Shown here: positions 13,080 to 26,049 of the stretch, one piece after another
Layout: each line of letters opens with the position of its first letter
Position numbering within the stretch: the stretch's first letter is position 1
Source of the DNA: Scyliorhinus canicula
Taxonomy: Eukaryota
DNA: 64,000 nucleotides
Direction: 5' to 3'
NCBI RefSeq assembly: GCF_902713615.1
Contig: NC_052162.1
Coordinates: 85,785,240-85,849,239, forward strand
Position numbers and translations under genes: made by a program
The notes under the pieces: generated by a model
Database searches by the model: none
What the model was told of the DNA's origin: nothing
Seen by the model: the letters and a program-made list of their open reading frames with translations, nothing else

Positions 13080-13702
13080 TACGACCAATAAAGCACAACA
13101 GCGCCTATACTTCCTCAAGAAACTAAGAAAAATCAGCATGTCCACATTGACTCTTCCAATTTCTATAGATGGACCAAAGAAAGCATCACAGCTTAATATG
13201 GTAACTTCTCAGCCCAAGACCATAAAAAACGAGAGTCGTGAACACAGCCCAAACAAGTCATACAAACCCACCTCCCACCCATTGACTCTGTCTACACCTC
13301 CCCCAGCCTTGGGAAAACAGGCAGCATAATCAAAGACCCCACCCACCCGGGTTATTCCCTCTTCCAACTTCTTCCATCAGGTAGAAGATATAAAAATTTG
13401 AAAACACGCACCAATAGATTAAAAAAACGCTTCTTCCCTGCTGTTACCAGACTCCTGAAAGACTATTAGGGTCTGAACTGATCTTATGGACAGAACTGAT
13501 TTTCTATGAATCTTGTCTACAGTTGCAGCACTATATACTGTATACTTCACCCGCTGTCCATGTTTATGTATTTTCATTCTGTATCCTCATGTATTTATTG
13601 TATTTTCTATGTTTTCATGTCTGGAGCGATCTGTCTGGATTTTACGCAGAACAATACTTTCCACCGTACCTCAGTACACGCGACAATAAATCTAAATCTA
13701 AC
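13080..13702 (+). mobile_element. 5'-truncated Rex1/Babar LINE
   Basis: KAQQRLYFLKKLRK...IIKDPTHPGYSLFQLLPSGRRYK...FFPAVTRLL; ends GACAATAAA(TCTAAA)n. Confidence 0.85.
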
Positions 13703-13734
13703 CATTGTAGTTCCATTGACCTACATAGTGTAGT

Positions 13735-14305
13735 GCTGCTGGGAAGAGAGTTCCAGGAATTTCCCCAGCAACAGTGAAGGAACTGTGTTTTATTTCCAAG
13801 TCAGAATGATGTGTGGCTTGTAGGGGAACTTGCAGGCGGTGGTGTTCCCATGTGTCAGCTGCCCTTGTCATTCTAGATGGTAGAGGGCACGGGTTTGGAA
13901 AGTATTGTTGAAAGAGGCTTGGTGAGTTCCTGCAGGGCATATTGTAAGTACATACTACTGCCACTGTGCCTTTGTGATGGTGAAAGTGTATGTTTAAGAT
14001 GGTGTATAGGGTACTAATGTAGCAGGCTGACTAGGCCTGGATGGTGTTGAACGTCTTGAGTGTTGATGGAACTGAATTCATCCAGGCAAGTGAAGAGTAT
14101 TCCATTACACTTCTTGTAGATGTAGAATTTGGGGGGGTGTCAAAAGGCGAATTACTCACTGCAGAATTCCCAACCTCTGACCTGCACTTGTAGCCATCGT
14201 ATCTAGAAAGCTGGTCCAATTGCCAATGAATGTCCAGGTGAGATGGTTAGATTCTCTCTTATTGGAGATGGTCATTCCCTCACACATCTGTGGCATGAAT
14301 GTTGG
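13735..14305 (-). mobile_element. Crack-like CR1/L2-group LINE fragment
   Basis: RSVMEYSSLAWMNSVPSTLKTFNTIQ, homologous to 47847-48440. Confidence 0.75.
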
Positions 14306-14671
14306 TGTCTATGCCTATTTGTGTTCTCCCATATTCCACCCATGGAGACCCTCACCTGAGACCCCTGTAGCAGAACACACATGTGACCTTACTTTTCAGT
14401 GAGCTTAGGGCTCAGGCAATGCAGGGGTCTTGTCCACCATCAGTTCTGTTCTTTTCCCTTTCATCACCTTTGTCCTGGAAGTTGGAGGATAAAATGTCAG
14501 TGATGGTATAGGGCTGCTGTTCGCTGATGATGTAAAGCCGAATAGCTGGAGGTAAACGGTGGAAGTAGAGGTGGGTGCGAGAATGGCAGCGTTGGTAGGG
14601 AATCTGGTTAATAGCTGTGCATACTGAGTGGCAGGGTATGCTTCTGGCTGAGTGATGGGGGTACATATAGA

Positions 14672-14961
14672 CACATAGAACATACAGTGCAGAAGGAGGC
14701 CATTCGGCCCATTGAGTCTGCACTGACCAACTTAAGCCCTCACTTCCACCCTACCCCATAACCCAATAACCCCTCCTAACCTTTTTGGACACTAAAGGCA
14801 ATTTAGCATGGCCAATCCACCTAACCTGCACGTCTTTGGACTATGGGAGGAAACCGGAGCACTCAGAGAAACCCACGCAGACACGGGGAGAATGTGCAGA
14901 CTCCGCACAGACCTGGGACCCTGGCACTGTGAAGCCACAGTGCTAGCCACGTGTGCTACCG
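14672..14961 (-). mobile_element. HE1-type V-SINE with internal deletion
   Basis: V-domain and tail present. Confidence 0.85.
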
Positions 14962-15014
14962 CGCGATGCATTGACCAGTGTCAGGTTCATGATGTGGTGT
15001 CATGTGAAGAAGCA

Positions 15015-15260
15015 TGCACTTAACTTGATCACCCACGTGAGGTCATTGGACTTCTTGCGGTACCGCTGTCAGATCTTTGGCGTCCATTTTGTGGAGTTGA
15101 TGTCTCTGGTCATCTGCTCCACTCTCTTGTGATGGTGGTCCTTGAGGGTCTCCTGCGCACCCATTGAATGATGGGGTCCCTCCTACTGTCCCCCTCCTCC
15201 ATTAATGCCACCTGTGCTGCATCTGTCACCCTGGAACCCCCCTCCCGGAACTGGTGTTCC
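15015..15260 (-). pseudogene. decayed Harbinger Myb/SANT gene exon
   Basis: RRPSRTTITREW...DINSTKWTPKI*QRYRKKSNDL matches the RT.QCRKK.NDL motif. Confidence 0.55.
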
Positions 15261-16008
15261 ATTTTCCATGCTTTAAATCCTTAGCAATCATTTTCAGTGC
15301 AGCGTCCCTTCAAGACTTCCTTTCAGAAGAGCAGGCCGACTATATCACATACCACACCGCTTTCAGCCCCACACTGAATGTAGAGGCAGCTGACAACACA
15401 AAGAGGAGAGATCCTCGGCCCCTCACTGCAACCATGGTTATGAGGCAGGAGCACCAAATTTGTTTTATGCCTACCTCGGGCAGGACTGACAGGTGACAAA
15501 TTGCAATCCCTCAAAGAAAACAGGGCAGACAAACGTTTAACCTCTTGGATCCAATTCGCGCTGGCCTGCTTCTGTGAATGCGTTCCATTTTCTTGGTGAA
15601 AGAGGCTGCTGGTTTACAGTAACTTTACAAATCAAATTCCCTTTTTTTTTATTAAATGAGATTAGGGGATTTTTCAGGGTTTTTACAAGTATTTCTGGAT
15701 GACATTGCCCAATTTTATCTGACCCTAATAAGGCACGCATATTTATGTGCTGCCAACCATATGTATAAATAGCCAATGTGTTCCTACTGTATTCTTGTGG
15801 CTATCATGGTGGGTTATTCCGCCAACATGGCCGATTTACAATGTAAACCACCAGTCACTGGGAATTTATTTTCCTGTTACAATGGACGGGATTTTCTGGC
15901 CCACTCAGCCGTGTGTGCTTCTCGGTGGTGGGAGGCGGCGCACCGTTCCCTGGCGGCGGGATTCCCTGTTCCAGCTGCTGTCAATGGGAATTTGGCCAAT
16001 ATGGCCAG

Positions 16009-16405
16009 TGTCATACATCTATGTATATAATGGAGTGCAGACAGGCAGTGATTGACACACAGGATGACCAGTAAGCACACAGAACAGAGCAGCCAATTAC
16101 CAGACAGGACACTATCACTATAAAGCCAGAGGGCACCGGTTTTCCCGCTCTCTCTGGACCCAGCCTCTGAGACAGTCAGAGTTCGTGAGCTAGCCAGTGC
16201 ATACACCATACGGTAGCTAGTAAGTCTGGTCAGGCTAGTACTAGGTCTCCAGTCAAGTCAGTATCATGTCAACCCACAGTTGAACATATATAGTAGTTAA
16301 GACGTTAAATAAAATCGTGTTGCATCTTATCAAGTGTTGGAGGTCTGTCTCTCGCTACTCTGCATCAAGTGCAGTCCACGTCGACCCAGCCTGCCTAACA
16401 CATCA
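16009..16405 (+). mobile_element. solo LTR
   Basis: TG...CA, CCAAT/TATAAA/AATAAA, TSD GCCAG/TCCAG; adjacent to a MITE fragment (15885-16000). Confidence 0.8.
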
Positions 16406-16942
16406 TCCAGTGGAGCACACAAGGGATAATTGCACTTTTCCCCCTCTTAAGTTTAACAAAAAACAGATTAGTTTCGTTCTGACAACATTTCCTTCAGCAT
16501 AGTTATAATTTCTTATCAAAGACTCCAGATGCACATGCCAAGTATCAATTAACTCCATAATTGTCCAAATATTTGCACATATTATCTTTAATGTTTTCAA
16601 ACAAACTATTTTGTATCACTGTATGTGCTGATAATATCATTTTCAACTCACAGTGTAATGCAGCTTACACATAGATTTTGGTTGAAATTTTCCAGTCCTT
16701 TACGCTAGTGGGACCTTCCAGTCCCGGCACTGTGCACAGAGATTTCAATGGCTCCCCGGGCCTGCCGCAGGTCCTCCCATGGCGAGGGCGCTAGAAAACC
16801 CCGGCTCTTATTCTGAAATTTCATAACAATAAAAGGGTTTACCACAGCACGCCCCTAATTCAGCCCCTCGAGACTGTTCGACCATTCAATCAGATCATGG
16901 CTTACCTGTATCTCAATTCTATTCACCCACTATTGTTCCATA

Positions 16943-17248
16943 TGTGGTGAATGTGATTCACACCGGATTATAATCTGTATATACATGTGTCTATATTGTA
17001 AGTGCAGTTGCACTACCTGACCTCCAGGGGTAGTAGCTCTGGGAATGCTCGAGAGTTGTACTGGGCTCCTCCCTTGGCTCCGCCCAGGACTCCTCCCCCA
17101 GGAGCTGCTGTATAAAGATCAGTGCCACAGGGTCAGCCGGCCAGTTCACTGAAAGTTCAACGGCTAACAGGCTGGCTCTGTTGTAAGTATATTAAAACCG
17201 CTATTCTAATCCTACAAGCACGTGTCCGTAGAATTGTTGGTTCCAACA
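16943..17248 (+). mobile_element. solo LTR
   Basis: TG...CA, TATAAA, ATTAAA and a perfect 5-bp TSD CCATA. Confidence 0.9.
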
Positions 17249-17319
17249 CCATATACTTCTGATATCCATTCCCCAAACAAATCTACCAGTGACCCAGAAA
17301 TCATTGCTTTTTGACTAAT

Positions 17320-17566
17320 GAAGACCATGAAATCATTGCCGATTGTCGTAAAAACCCATCTGGTTCACCAATGTCCTCTTAAGGAGGGAAATCTGCCATC
17401 CTTACCTGGTCTGTCCTACATGTGACTCCAGACCCACAGCAATGTGGTTGACTCAAAATTCCCTCTGAAATGGTCCAGCAAGCCACTCAGTTCAAGGGCA
17501 ATTAGGGATGGACAATAAATACTGGCCCAGCCAGTGGTGCCCACATCCCATAAATGAATTTTAAAA
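17320..17566 (+). mobile_element. MetaSINE-like SINE (3' part)
   Basis: Core AAAACCCATCTGGTTCAC.AATGTCC...GGAAATCTGCCATCCTTACCTGGTCTG; tail shared with the Crack-like LINE. Confidence 0.7.
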
Positions 17567-17709
17567 ATTCTGCTCCAAAGCCTTTCTGTGACCTTTCTTC
17601 TTCAGCAAACTTGATATTTGAAATGACAATTGTCACTCATCCAAGAGCTTAGCAAAGGTTACTCGGCCCATCGAGCTCCCCTGTCAGGTGAATTCTCATT
17701 GGCAGATCG

Positions 17710-18560
17710 GGGCGGAATTCTCCGTCGGCTGAAGCTGGAATTGGGAAACGGGATTACCGGGAGAATCGGTTTTGACGCTGAAATCGTGGCGGCCACCAGT
17801 TTCACGCCAAATCGCAATTCTCCGGTGCCTCGACAGCGGCGTCAATGCATTCCCGAACGCACGTATAGTAAACCAATGGCATATCATTAGTGGGCCTGAC
17901 CCAGTATTCTCCAGGGCCGCCCTGATTCACCACCTCCACTGGGGCGAATTCCCGATGGCGAGGTTCACTTGTGCTTTTAAAATTTGTGAAACTGATGCCG
18001 TGGCTGATGAGGGAGAGAGAGGGGTATAGAAAGTGTCCAACATCAGTTTGCTGACAGTCGTGCCGCTGGCTATGGGAGCTTCAGCGAGGGGGATTTGCGG
18101 GGAGTGGCTAGGCAGTGAGCTGTGGGGTTAGGGTGGACGGGCACGGAGCACCATTGCCATGGCCTGCAAGGCAGCCATGCAGCGGACTGCCCACTGTGAA
18201 CTTAGGTCCTCAGGTCATATGGTTGTCCCCCCAGGGCAACCCCTAGGTGCCCTCTGTCCCCAACTGACCCACCAGTGGGTTGGGCGCACTCCAGCATAAC
18301 CGGTGCCATCTTGTTGGCTGGGATGAGTGAGTGGGGAGTGAAGTATGTACATGCAGCTGCAGCTGTCAGCCTCCCGAGTGTCAATCACTGACCCAGCAGA
18401 TCAATTTTTCATTGGAATCGATTGTGTTCCATGTGGCATGGGTGCTAGCCCCTACACAGTCGCTGAATCAGTCCAGGTGCGGTGTCAGTTTTGCTGCCAT
18501 GGAAGCCCACAAATCCTGCCCCAGCATCAACATTTAGTCTCAGGAACGGAGATTCCCGCT
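17710..18560. mobile_element. non-autonomous Harbinger element
   Basis: TIR GGGCGGAATTCTCC / GGAGATTCCCGC; left arm homologous to 23644-24180. Confidence 0.8.
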
Positions 18561-19461
18561 ACAGTTCTCTTCAAATCTGAATTTTCTCCTCATGGGGATG
18601 GGCATTGCAGAAAGCACAGACATGTCTAATTTTTGTTGACGTAAAAATGACAGGCTGTGCATCCACAATTTCCCACAGTGCATTCCTTTTGAGTACCACT
18701 CCCTGCTGGGAGCGCTGATTTACAGTATCACCCATTTTGTGTCCTCCCATCCTAAGTGCCTATCTCCCTTCCAAATATCTCAATGGTCTTAGCATTAATG
18801 ACTTTCTCTAGTCAAGGCAGGGCACAAGCTTACTGAAAGTGACAATGCAGATTGCAACTTCAAGAGGCGAATACGAGAAAAACAACTTTAATTGAAAGAG
18901 CACGTCAAAAGGATTGAGAAAACTAGAAATAGCTCAGTTATTTTACAAATTCTTAACCTGGAGTCACTGCATTTTGCACTGAGCATTCGAATAACATGTT
19001 TACACAGCCATTTCTGCCTGCCAATTATCTCTCCACTCATTAATGCCAAGGGTTCAAGGGTGGGAAATATTAATTTTATGTTGACTTATTGCCTTAAGAA
19101 ACCTTTTTCCCAAACATATGTCAAAGTGAGTAAAAGAAGGAAAAGCCGGTAAGCAGAACAACCAGTGCCCCAAGCAGTCAACGATGCCATCCCAATCTAC
19201 CCATCACTACAACGTTATCTGTAGCAAGAGGCAAAAAATAAACTGGATGGTTAAGGAAAAACAATGGAAATTTCCTCTCTGACTCTCTCAGATGATCTTA
19301 CAAAAAGCTCTTGGAGACTGCGGTTTCTCATGCCTCATTCGTCCAATAGTAGTTGAGCCCCTTTAATGGGAAATATCCTCTTCATCTCACAGGAGACCAT
19401 TGGGTCCATTGTGTCGCTGCTGACTTTCTGAAGGACCTATCCAGTTTGTTTCACTTGCCCT

Positions 19462-19810
19462 TGTAATGATATGTATAATCCAGGGGGAGTAAAGGGTTAG
19501 CAAAATGATGTTCATGCATCTCAACAGTAGATGGCATCACTGAGTAGTCTTACAAAAGGCTGCACCTCTAAGCATTTTTGGAGAAGGATAGTGCGAGGTT
19601 GAGATAGAGTGTTGGGTTGTATTAGAAAGGCATAATAGATTACTGTAACATAGATTCAATACTGCAATTTTGTTAGTCATTACTCAGTAGAGTGCGAACC
19701 ATTTAAAGTAATGTAAAATGAACTAGCTTTGTTTTAAATACATAGCTTAATATTCTTTGTAAACACGACGACTTTTCGCTATCTTCGAGAATTATACAAG
19801 AAACATCACA
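19462..19810 (+). mobile_element. solo LTR
   Basis: TG...CA and TSD GCCCT/GCCCA. Confidence 0.7.
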
Positions 19811-20151
19811 GCCCACTCACTCCCTATAGCCTTGTAAATGTTTCCTGTTCAGGTATATGCCAATTCCAGTTCCTTTTTACAACAGATTGCAGAATAGGAG
19901 TGAAATACTGGCTGGAATTTTACTGGGCTTGTGAGAGTGTGTTTGGGTCCAGTTTGTCCTGTGTCCCCTGCACCCTCCCTGTCTCCTTCCATATTATTGC
20001 AGGTCGCGTGTTCTTTATTCATAAATTCAAAAACCAAACACATACAAAAACCTCACCTTTTTGAACCTCATTGACCTTTAGTGTGGAAGTCCGTGACCCG
20101 AGCTGACAGGAGCCTTGCCAAATGTACACGACTTTTAGTGGAGGAAATATA

Positions 20152-20920
20152 GGGAGCGATGTAGCGGCCACGTCCTGTCAAAATCGGGACACGGCCGATA
20201 GATCCCGTGAGAGGCCTCTTCCGGGATTCCCGACGGTCGTTGCGCCCCGCGCCATCTAAGGAGATCTCCCGAGATGTCGTGATCTGGTTCCTGCCCATAA
20301 TGGACGGGATTCAGACATGCATAGCTAAGTGAGCTTAACTGCAGCTTTATCTATGCCTACGCCAGATCTAACTGTCCCCCGAGATCTACCGACCTCGCCG
20401 TGGAGACCCCAGCCGAGCACAGTTTAGCACTGGACCCCACAAATGGGGACCGGGTGGAATGGCACTTGGGGGGGGGGGGGGGGAGGCTCCCTCCCAGGTG
20501 ATCAGAGACTCCCACGTGGTTGGAACCTGGACAGGGTGGCACCCTGGCACTGCTGATGCCATATGGGCACTGTGCCATTGCCAGAGTGCTCAGGTTGCAC
20601 TGTCACGGTGCTAGGCTGGCAGTGGCATGGTGGCCAGGTGGCAGTTTGCCACGCCGGGGTTCCGGCCTCGGGGTGCCCTGCCCATATGAAGTGGGGTGCG
20701 AGGGACTTGTGGACCCAGAACAGGTGAGTTGGGATATTGGGGGTGGGTTCTGGGGTTGTGTTGGGTGGGGGAGTGGGGGGGGGGGGGTCGAGAGAATGAG
20801 TATCTCAACCTGCGCTGCGGAGCTCCTCACTGCAGGAAATGTGATTGAGGGCGGCCTCACTTGACAGGTTTGCAGCTCACAGTGACAAAGTTGCCGGAGA
20901 GGGGTTTTGACACAAACCCC
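20152..20920. mobile_element. non-autonomous Harbinger-type element
   Basis: GC/CpG-rich; left end similar to the 49767 terminus. Confidence 0.55.
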
Positions 20921-21404
20921 AATCATCAGAACAGATTGCATGGAAAAAGGTCATTTCTCCCACAGTTGTACAGTCAGAATAAGGAATTTGCTTTCCTGTT
21001 GTAAGCTTGCAGGCTTATGCCGGTTGGAATTCTTACAGTTTCAATCTGGGATTTCACAGAACTGTACTTTCCACTTTCCATTATAGAGCAAAATGAGACC
21101 AAATACAAGCAAATTGCAGACCATGCAAGGAATGCTCAAGAACTAGTCAAGAAAAATGCAGGCAGCTCCATCAACAAGGCAGGTCATGGTGGGGGTTCCA
21201 AACATAGGAATAGAAGAGCTCATTTAGTTTTCCGAGACAGTTCTGTCATTCAGTTCGGTCATAACTGATCGTCCTCATGCCCTTCAACTCCATTTATCTG
21301 TAGCTGTATAATACCTTGATATCCTTACCAAATAAAAATCCAACAATCTTGACAATTTCAATTGATCTGGCATTACACAACCCCTTGTTACTCTCAGGGA
21401 ATCC

Positions 21405-21690
21405 TGGCCAGCATCCCACAGACCCATGTTGGCTCCTGATCCCGTTAAACTTCCGTATTAAAATACTCATCCTTTCATTCAAATTATTCCCTGTCATCAT
21501 CCTCCCCATTGTGTAATATCCTCCAGTCCTACATTCTTTCGAAATCGTGACGCTCTTTCAATTCTGGCCTCTTGTGCAACCTCTATTTACTTCACTCCAC
21601 CATTAGGGGTTGTGGTTTCAGCTGAATAGGCCCAAATTTTGAGAACCTAATCCCTAAATCTCTCCAGCTCTCTATCCGTTTCATTATTTC
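21405..21690 (+). mobile_element. L2 LINE 3' region, continuing at 28626-28765 and 29357-29397
   Basis: Decayed WLLIP..FRIKILILSFK...SGLL...STIRG..FS..GPKF. The L2 tail CTTGGGAC...TACTACATTAAAAGCACTATATAAAT is split by insertions. Confidence 0.7.
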
Positions 21691-21704
21691 ATTCTCTTTC
21701 ATTC

Positions 21705-23636
21705 CAAGATGACGCTGGAGTGTGGCAATGCTCTGCAAGCTCTCCCCCACAGATCCTCTTCCTACAACTTTTATAACCATGCTAACCTTTTAAATCTTAA
21801 TTCTAATACTAATATAATCACTAACCATGTTCTTTTACATTTACTTACAAGTCTGAAGGTTCTCCGACGTCCGAGGACTGACTGGGACCCACATGATGTG
21901 GCCCGACCCGCGAGGACTCGACTGGTGACCCGACCCCGACCTTGATCTGGATGTGGAAGAGGTCCGATGAGGAGGCCCAACCTTGAACACGACCCAGCAT
22001 CCAAAGCACCCAACCCGACCTGGAAAGGCCTGCCCAGCGTCCTGAGTCACTTGAACGGAAAAAAGATCGACATGGAGGCCCAACGAGGCCTAGATCGAGG
22101 CCCAATCTTAGAAATGCCTAACCCAACTGCCTACACTGGATCCAACCACGTTAACCCAGTCTGACCTGACCCAGAAAGATCCTGCCAACAACCCAAACAC
22201 CATCTAACCACCCCAAAGGAGTGCAGATCCCATGCGAGGACCCGAAAATGCCAAAAGGAAGACCTGACCTCGTGGAACCCGAGGACCCGATTGGATCGTG
22301 AACAGCACCCCCACCGCCCCCCTCGGTGACCCCAAAATCGCAACCAGAGCCCAGGACCCCTCCAGATGCAATCACCTATCTTCCACAAGGTCAGACCTGT
22401 CTCATTGGATACGAGGACCACACAGAAGCAGCCACCAGCCTAGGAAATGAGGGAACCACGACGATCAGCAGGTGAGACTAAAACACTACGGCTTCAAGTC
22501 TCCTCTTCCCAACATATGCCTGGCAAACACCTAAGCAATCGAAAACAAGCTGGAAGAGCGTATCTCTAGACTTACCTCTTAGAGGGAAGTGAAAGACTGC
22601 TATGTGCTCTGTTTTACAGACATGGCTCACTCCTGCCTCACCAGATTGTGCCATACAACCCGACAGCTTCTCAATTCACCAGATAGACTGTACGACACCC
22701 TCGAGCAAGGCAAAGGATGGAGCGGTTTGCCTCCTCATCAACTCCTCCTGGGGCTTGGATGTGGTGACCCTGGCGACCTACTGCTCCCAGGACCTCGAAT
22801 ACCCAACTGTGAAGTGCCGACCATGCCACCTTCCACGGGAGTTCACTTCTGCCATTATCACAGCAGTTTACATCCCACCTTAGACGGAATTGAAGAAGGA
22901 GCTTGATGAATTGTACGCCGCTATAAACAACCATGAAACAGAATACCCGGACGCCTTGTTCATTGTGGCTGGGGACTTCAACCAGGCCAACTTCCACAAT
23001 TACACCAACACATCTGCTGTCCCACCAGGGGCCCTAACATCCTTGACCACTCCTACACAAACATCAAGGGGCCTACCGATCCATCTGGATGGATTTCGGA
23101 AAATCGGAGCACAAGACGGTGTTCCTTCCACTAGCATAACAGCAGAAGCTTAAGCGGGAGGATCTAGTCAAGAAGATCATGCAAAACTGGTTCAAGGCAC
23201 GGAAGAGCTCCTGCGTGACTGCTTGGAGTCAGTGGACTGGTCCATATTCAAGAACTCAGCGGCCAACAGAGATGAGTATGCCATCACTGTCACAGACTTC
23301 ATCAGTAAGTGTGTCAAGGACTCTGTGCCATAGAAGTAGTATGGTTTAATTGGGAGATTCACGCCCAACTGAAGGCCAGGTCTGAAGCATTCAAGATGGT
23401 GACCTGATCTAAACAAAAATAGAGGTACAACGTCCGTAAAGCCATCAGGGACGCCAAGAGAGACAATGCCAGATTAAGCTAGAGTCCCAGACTAACGAAA
23501 CAAACTCTTGTTGGTTGTGGTAAGGCATTAACAATACAACGGGCTACAAAGCAAAGTCAAGTAGAATCTCTTGCAACAGCGCATCCCCCCAGGATGAACT
23601 CAATGCATCCTTTGCTCATTTTGAGCAGGGAGCCTA
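21705..23636 (+). mobile_element. Rex1/Babar LINE 5' half (endonuclease), decayed
   Basis: CAAGATG start; TWLTP...CLLINSSW...VKCRPCHLPREFTSAIITAVYIPP, FIVAGDFNQAN, DELNASFAHFE. Confidence 0.85.
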
Positions 23637-24533
23637 ACAACTGGGGCGAGATTCTCCATTGGCTGATGCCAAAATTGCAATACGCGATTGGGCAGAGAAT
23701 AGGTTCCGAGGCCAAAATCATGGCGGGTGCCTAATTGACTCCAAATCGCAATTCTCCCTCACCTCGACAGCGGCGTCAATGCGGTCCGGAACACACGTAT
23801 AGTAAATAGCATTTGCATATCATTAGCGTGCCTGATCCTGTATTCTCTGAGGCCTCCGTGTTTCTCCGCCTCCCGACAGTTCACTTGTTCTTTTAAAAAT
23901 CATGAAACTGGCGTCGTGGATGATGAGGGAGAGAGAGAGGAGATAGGACGCAGAGAGGACTATGGGCTGCTGGGTCAAACACTGGCCGGGTGGGCCGGGG
24001 CGGTGAGCGGGGCCCTGTCACGGCCGGGTGAAGGGGGTGGTGACGGGAACAAGCCGAACAGCTAAAGTGATCCCCCACGGGACTGGGGCGATGTCCAGGC
24101 ACGGAACACCATTGCTGCAGCCTTCAAGGCAGCCATCTTTCTGCGCACCCCACTGACCACCCACCTTGGCTCCTGGTTCTGCAGTGGCCATATGGGTTCC
24201 CCCTCACCCAACCCTCCTCCATATCCCCCACCCGGCCGCCACCCGCCAGCGGCCCACCCAGGTAAACACCCACTGTAGCTCCTACGGGGACACTGGTCAG
24301 GAGCCACGGAGCATACCACTGTAAGGGGCAGTACCATCCAACGGTACCCCTGGCATTAGGGAAAGGTGCCAGGGCCAGAGGTTTCCACGGTGCTGGGCAC
24401 CGCCGGGGCCAGGGGGCTACATGCTGGGATGAAGCCTGCAGTGCCACAGGGTTCACCATGTAGCCCATTGGACCAGGATGGGACAGGGATACCCACCATG
24501 CTAACATGTCGGCCTTTCGTCCCCTGCAGACAG

Positions 24534-25323
24534 TGGAATTGGAATTCAACTGGCAATGGTGGCCTTCCTGCTAGTCGCCACAACCCTGGGGTTACCCTGC
24601 AGCTGTGCGAGCTGGAACTATGCAAGGAGGAGGAAGCTGCAGTGACGGACCATGCAGCAGCGGAGCATGCTACAGAGGTGCAGGAACCAGCTGTCCAACA
24701 GGCTGAGGAGGGAGAAAGTGCAAAGGCAGCGCCGCATGGGGCCTCGTGTGTACCGGCAGCGCCTGTCATTCGAGGACCTGCTGGACTGTGCATGCTGTTG
24801 AAGACTCCAGCTGAGCAGTGTGACATATATGTTAGATCATGGCATACCTGGCACCATTGGCACATGGGGGAGCACATCCGCTCCCAGTGACTGTCAAGCT
24901 GCCGGTCGCACTGAACTTTTATGCAATGGGGTCCTTCCAGATGCCCAGTGGGGACCTGTGCGGGATCTCACAGACCTTGGTGCACAGGTGCTTCCGTGCC
25001 GTCATGGAGGCCCCATATGCCCAGGCGGCTCAATACATCCATTTCAATGTGGACTGAGCTCACCAGGGTGCCCAGGCAGCAGGGCTCACCATCATCGACG
25101 GCATGCCCCAGGCCCAGGGGCTGATCGGCGCATTGCATGTCCGCCCCTACAAGCACCTGCAAATGACAGGCCGCTCTACACAAACCAAAAGTGACTCCAC
25201 TCGATGAATGTGCAGCTGGTATGTGACCATCAGCTGCACATCATACACTTCTGCGCCTGACACCCAGGCATTGTGCACAACGCCTTCATCCTGGCACAAC
25301 CCACAATTCCGGAGATGTTTGAG

Positions 25324-25355
<32 letters not shown>

Positions 25356-25800
25356 CCCCCCACCCGGCTGGAGGGTTGGCTCCTGGGCGACAGATGTTAT
25401 CCACTGTGGTATTGGTTGATGATGCCTGTCTGGAGGCCACAGGCCGATACAGAGACCCGCTACAATGACACACATACAGCAACCAGAAGCCTGATCTAGA
25501 GGTGCTTCAGCCACCTGAAGATGCGGTTCAGGTGCCTGAACCACTCTAGAGGGGCCCTCCAGTATGATGCTAAGAGGGTCGCCTGCATCGTGGCGGGCTG
25601 CTGCTTCCTCCTCAGCATCGCGCAGCGGAGGGGCAATGTGCTGGAGGAGGAGGGATGCCAGGCCTTGTCCGATAAGGAGGGCACAGGGGAGGGAGAGGAT
25701 GGGCTGGACATGAAGCCCATGCAGGGATGGAAAGCCACACGAAGTGTGCGCCAGGGCCATCGCGCAGGAGACGCTGTGGTCGCCTCCAGCTTCACCAACA
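24534..25800 (+). pseudogene. Harbinger DDE transposase (HARBI1-like), frameshifted
   Basis: VALNFYAMGSFQ...GDLCGISQ, HSMNVQLVCD, GWLLGDRCYPL, LKMRFRCL..SRGALQY. Confidence 0.9.
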
Positions 25801-26049
25801 TACCTCACCCCCACCAACCATGCCCCCCTCCGGCACCCCCTCGCAACCCACTCTGTGATACATACCTGCCGCATGACGGGGTGTGGGACCTGGTTTGGCA
25901 GTAACACCACGGGTCTGGTCTTTGGGATGGAGGATGATGACAGCCCGCTCTGTGATGAGCTCTGGTGATCCACGTCGTTTGACAACGTCTGACTCCTGCC
26001 CATGGTAGCTCTTTCCACTGACCACCTGTGTGATCCCTGCATGTGAGCT

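Noticed and set aside
24534-25800. Possible domesticated HARBI1/NAIF1 host genes
   Set aside because: Multiple stops and frameshifts, a TIR and several homologous copies show these are transposon relics.
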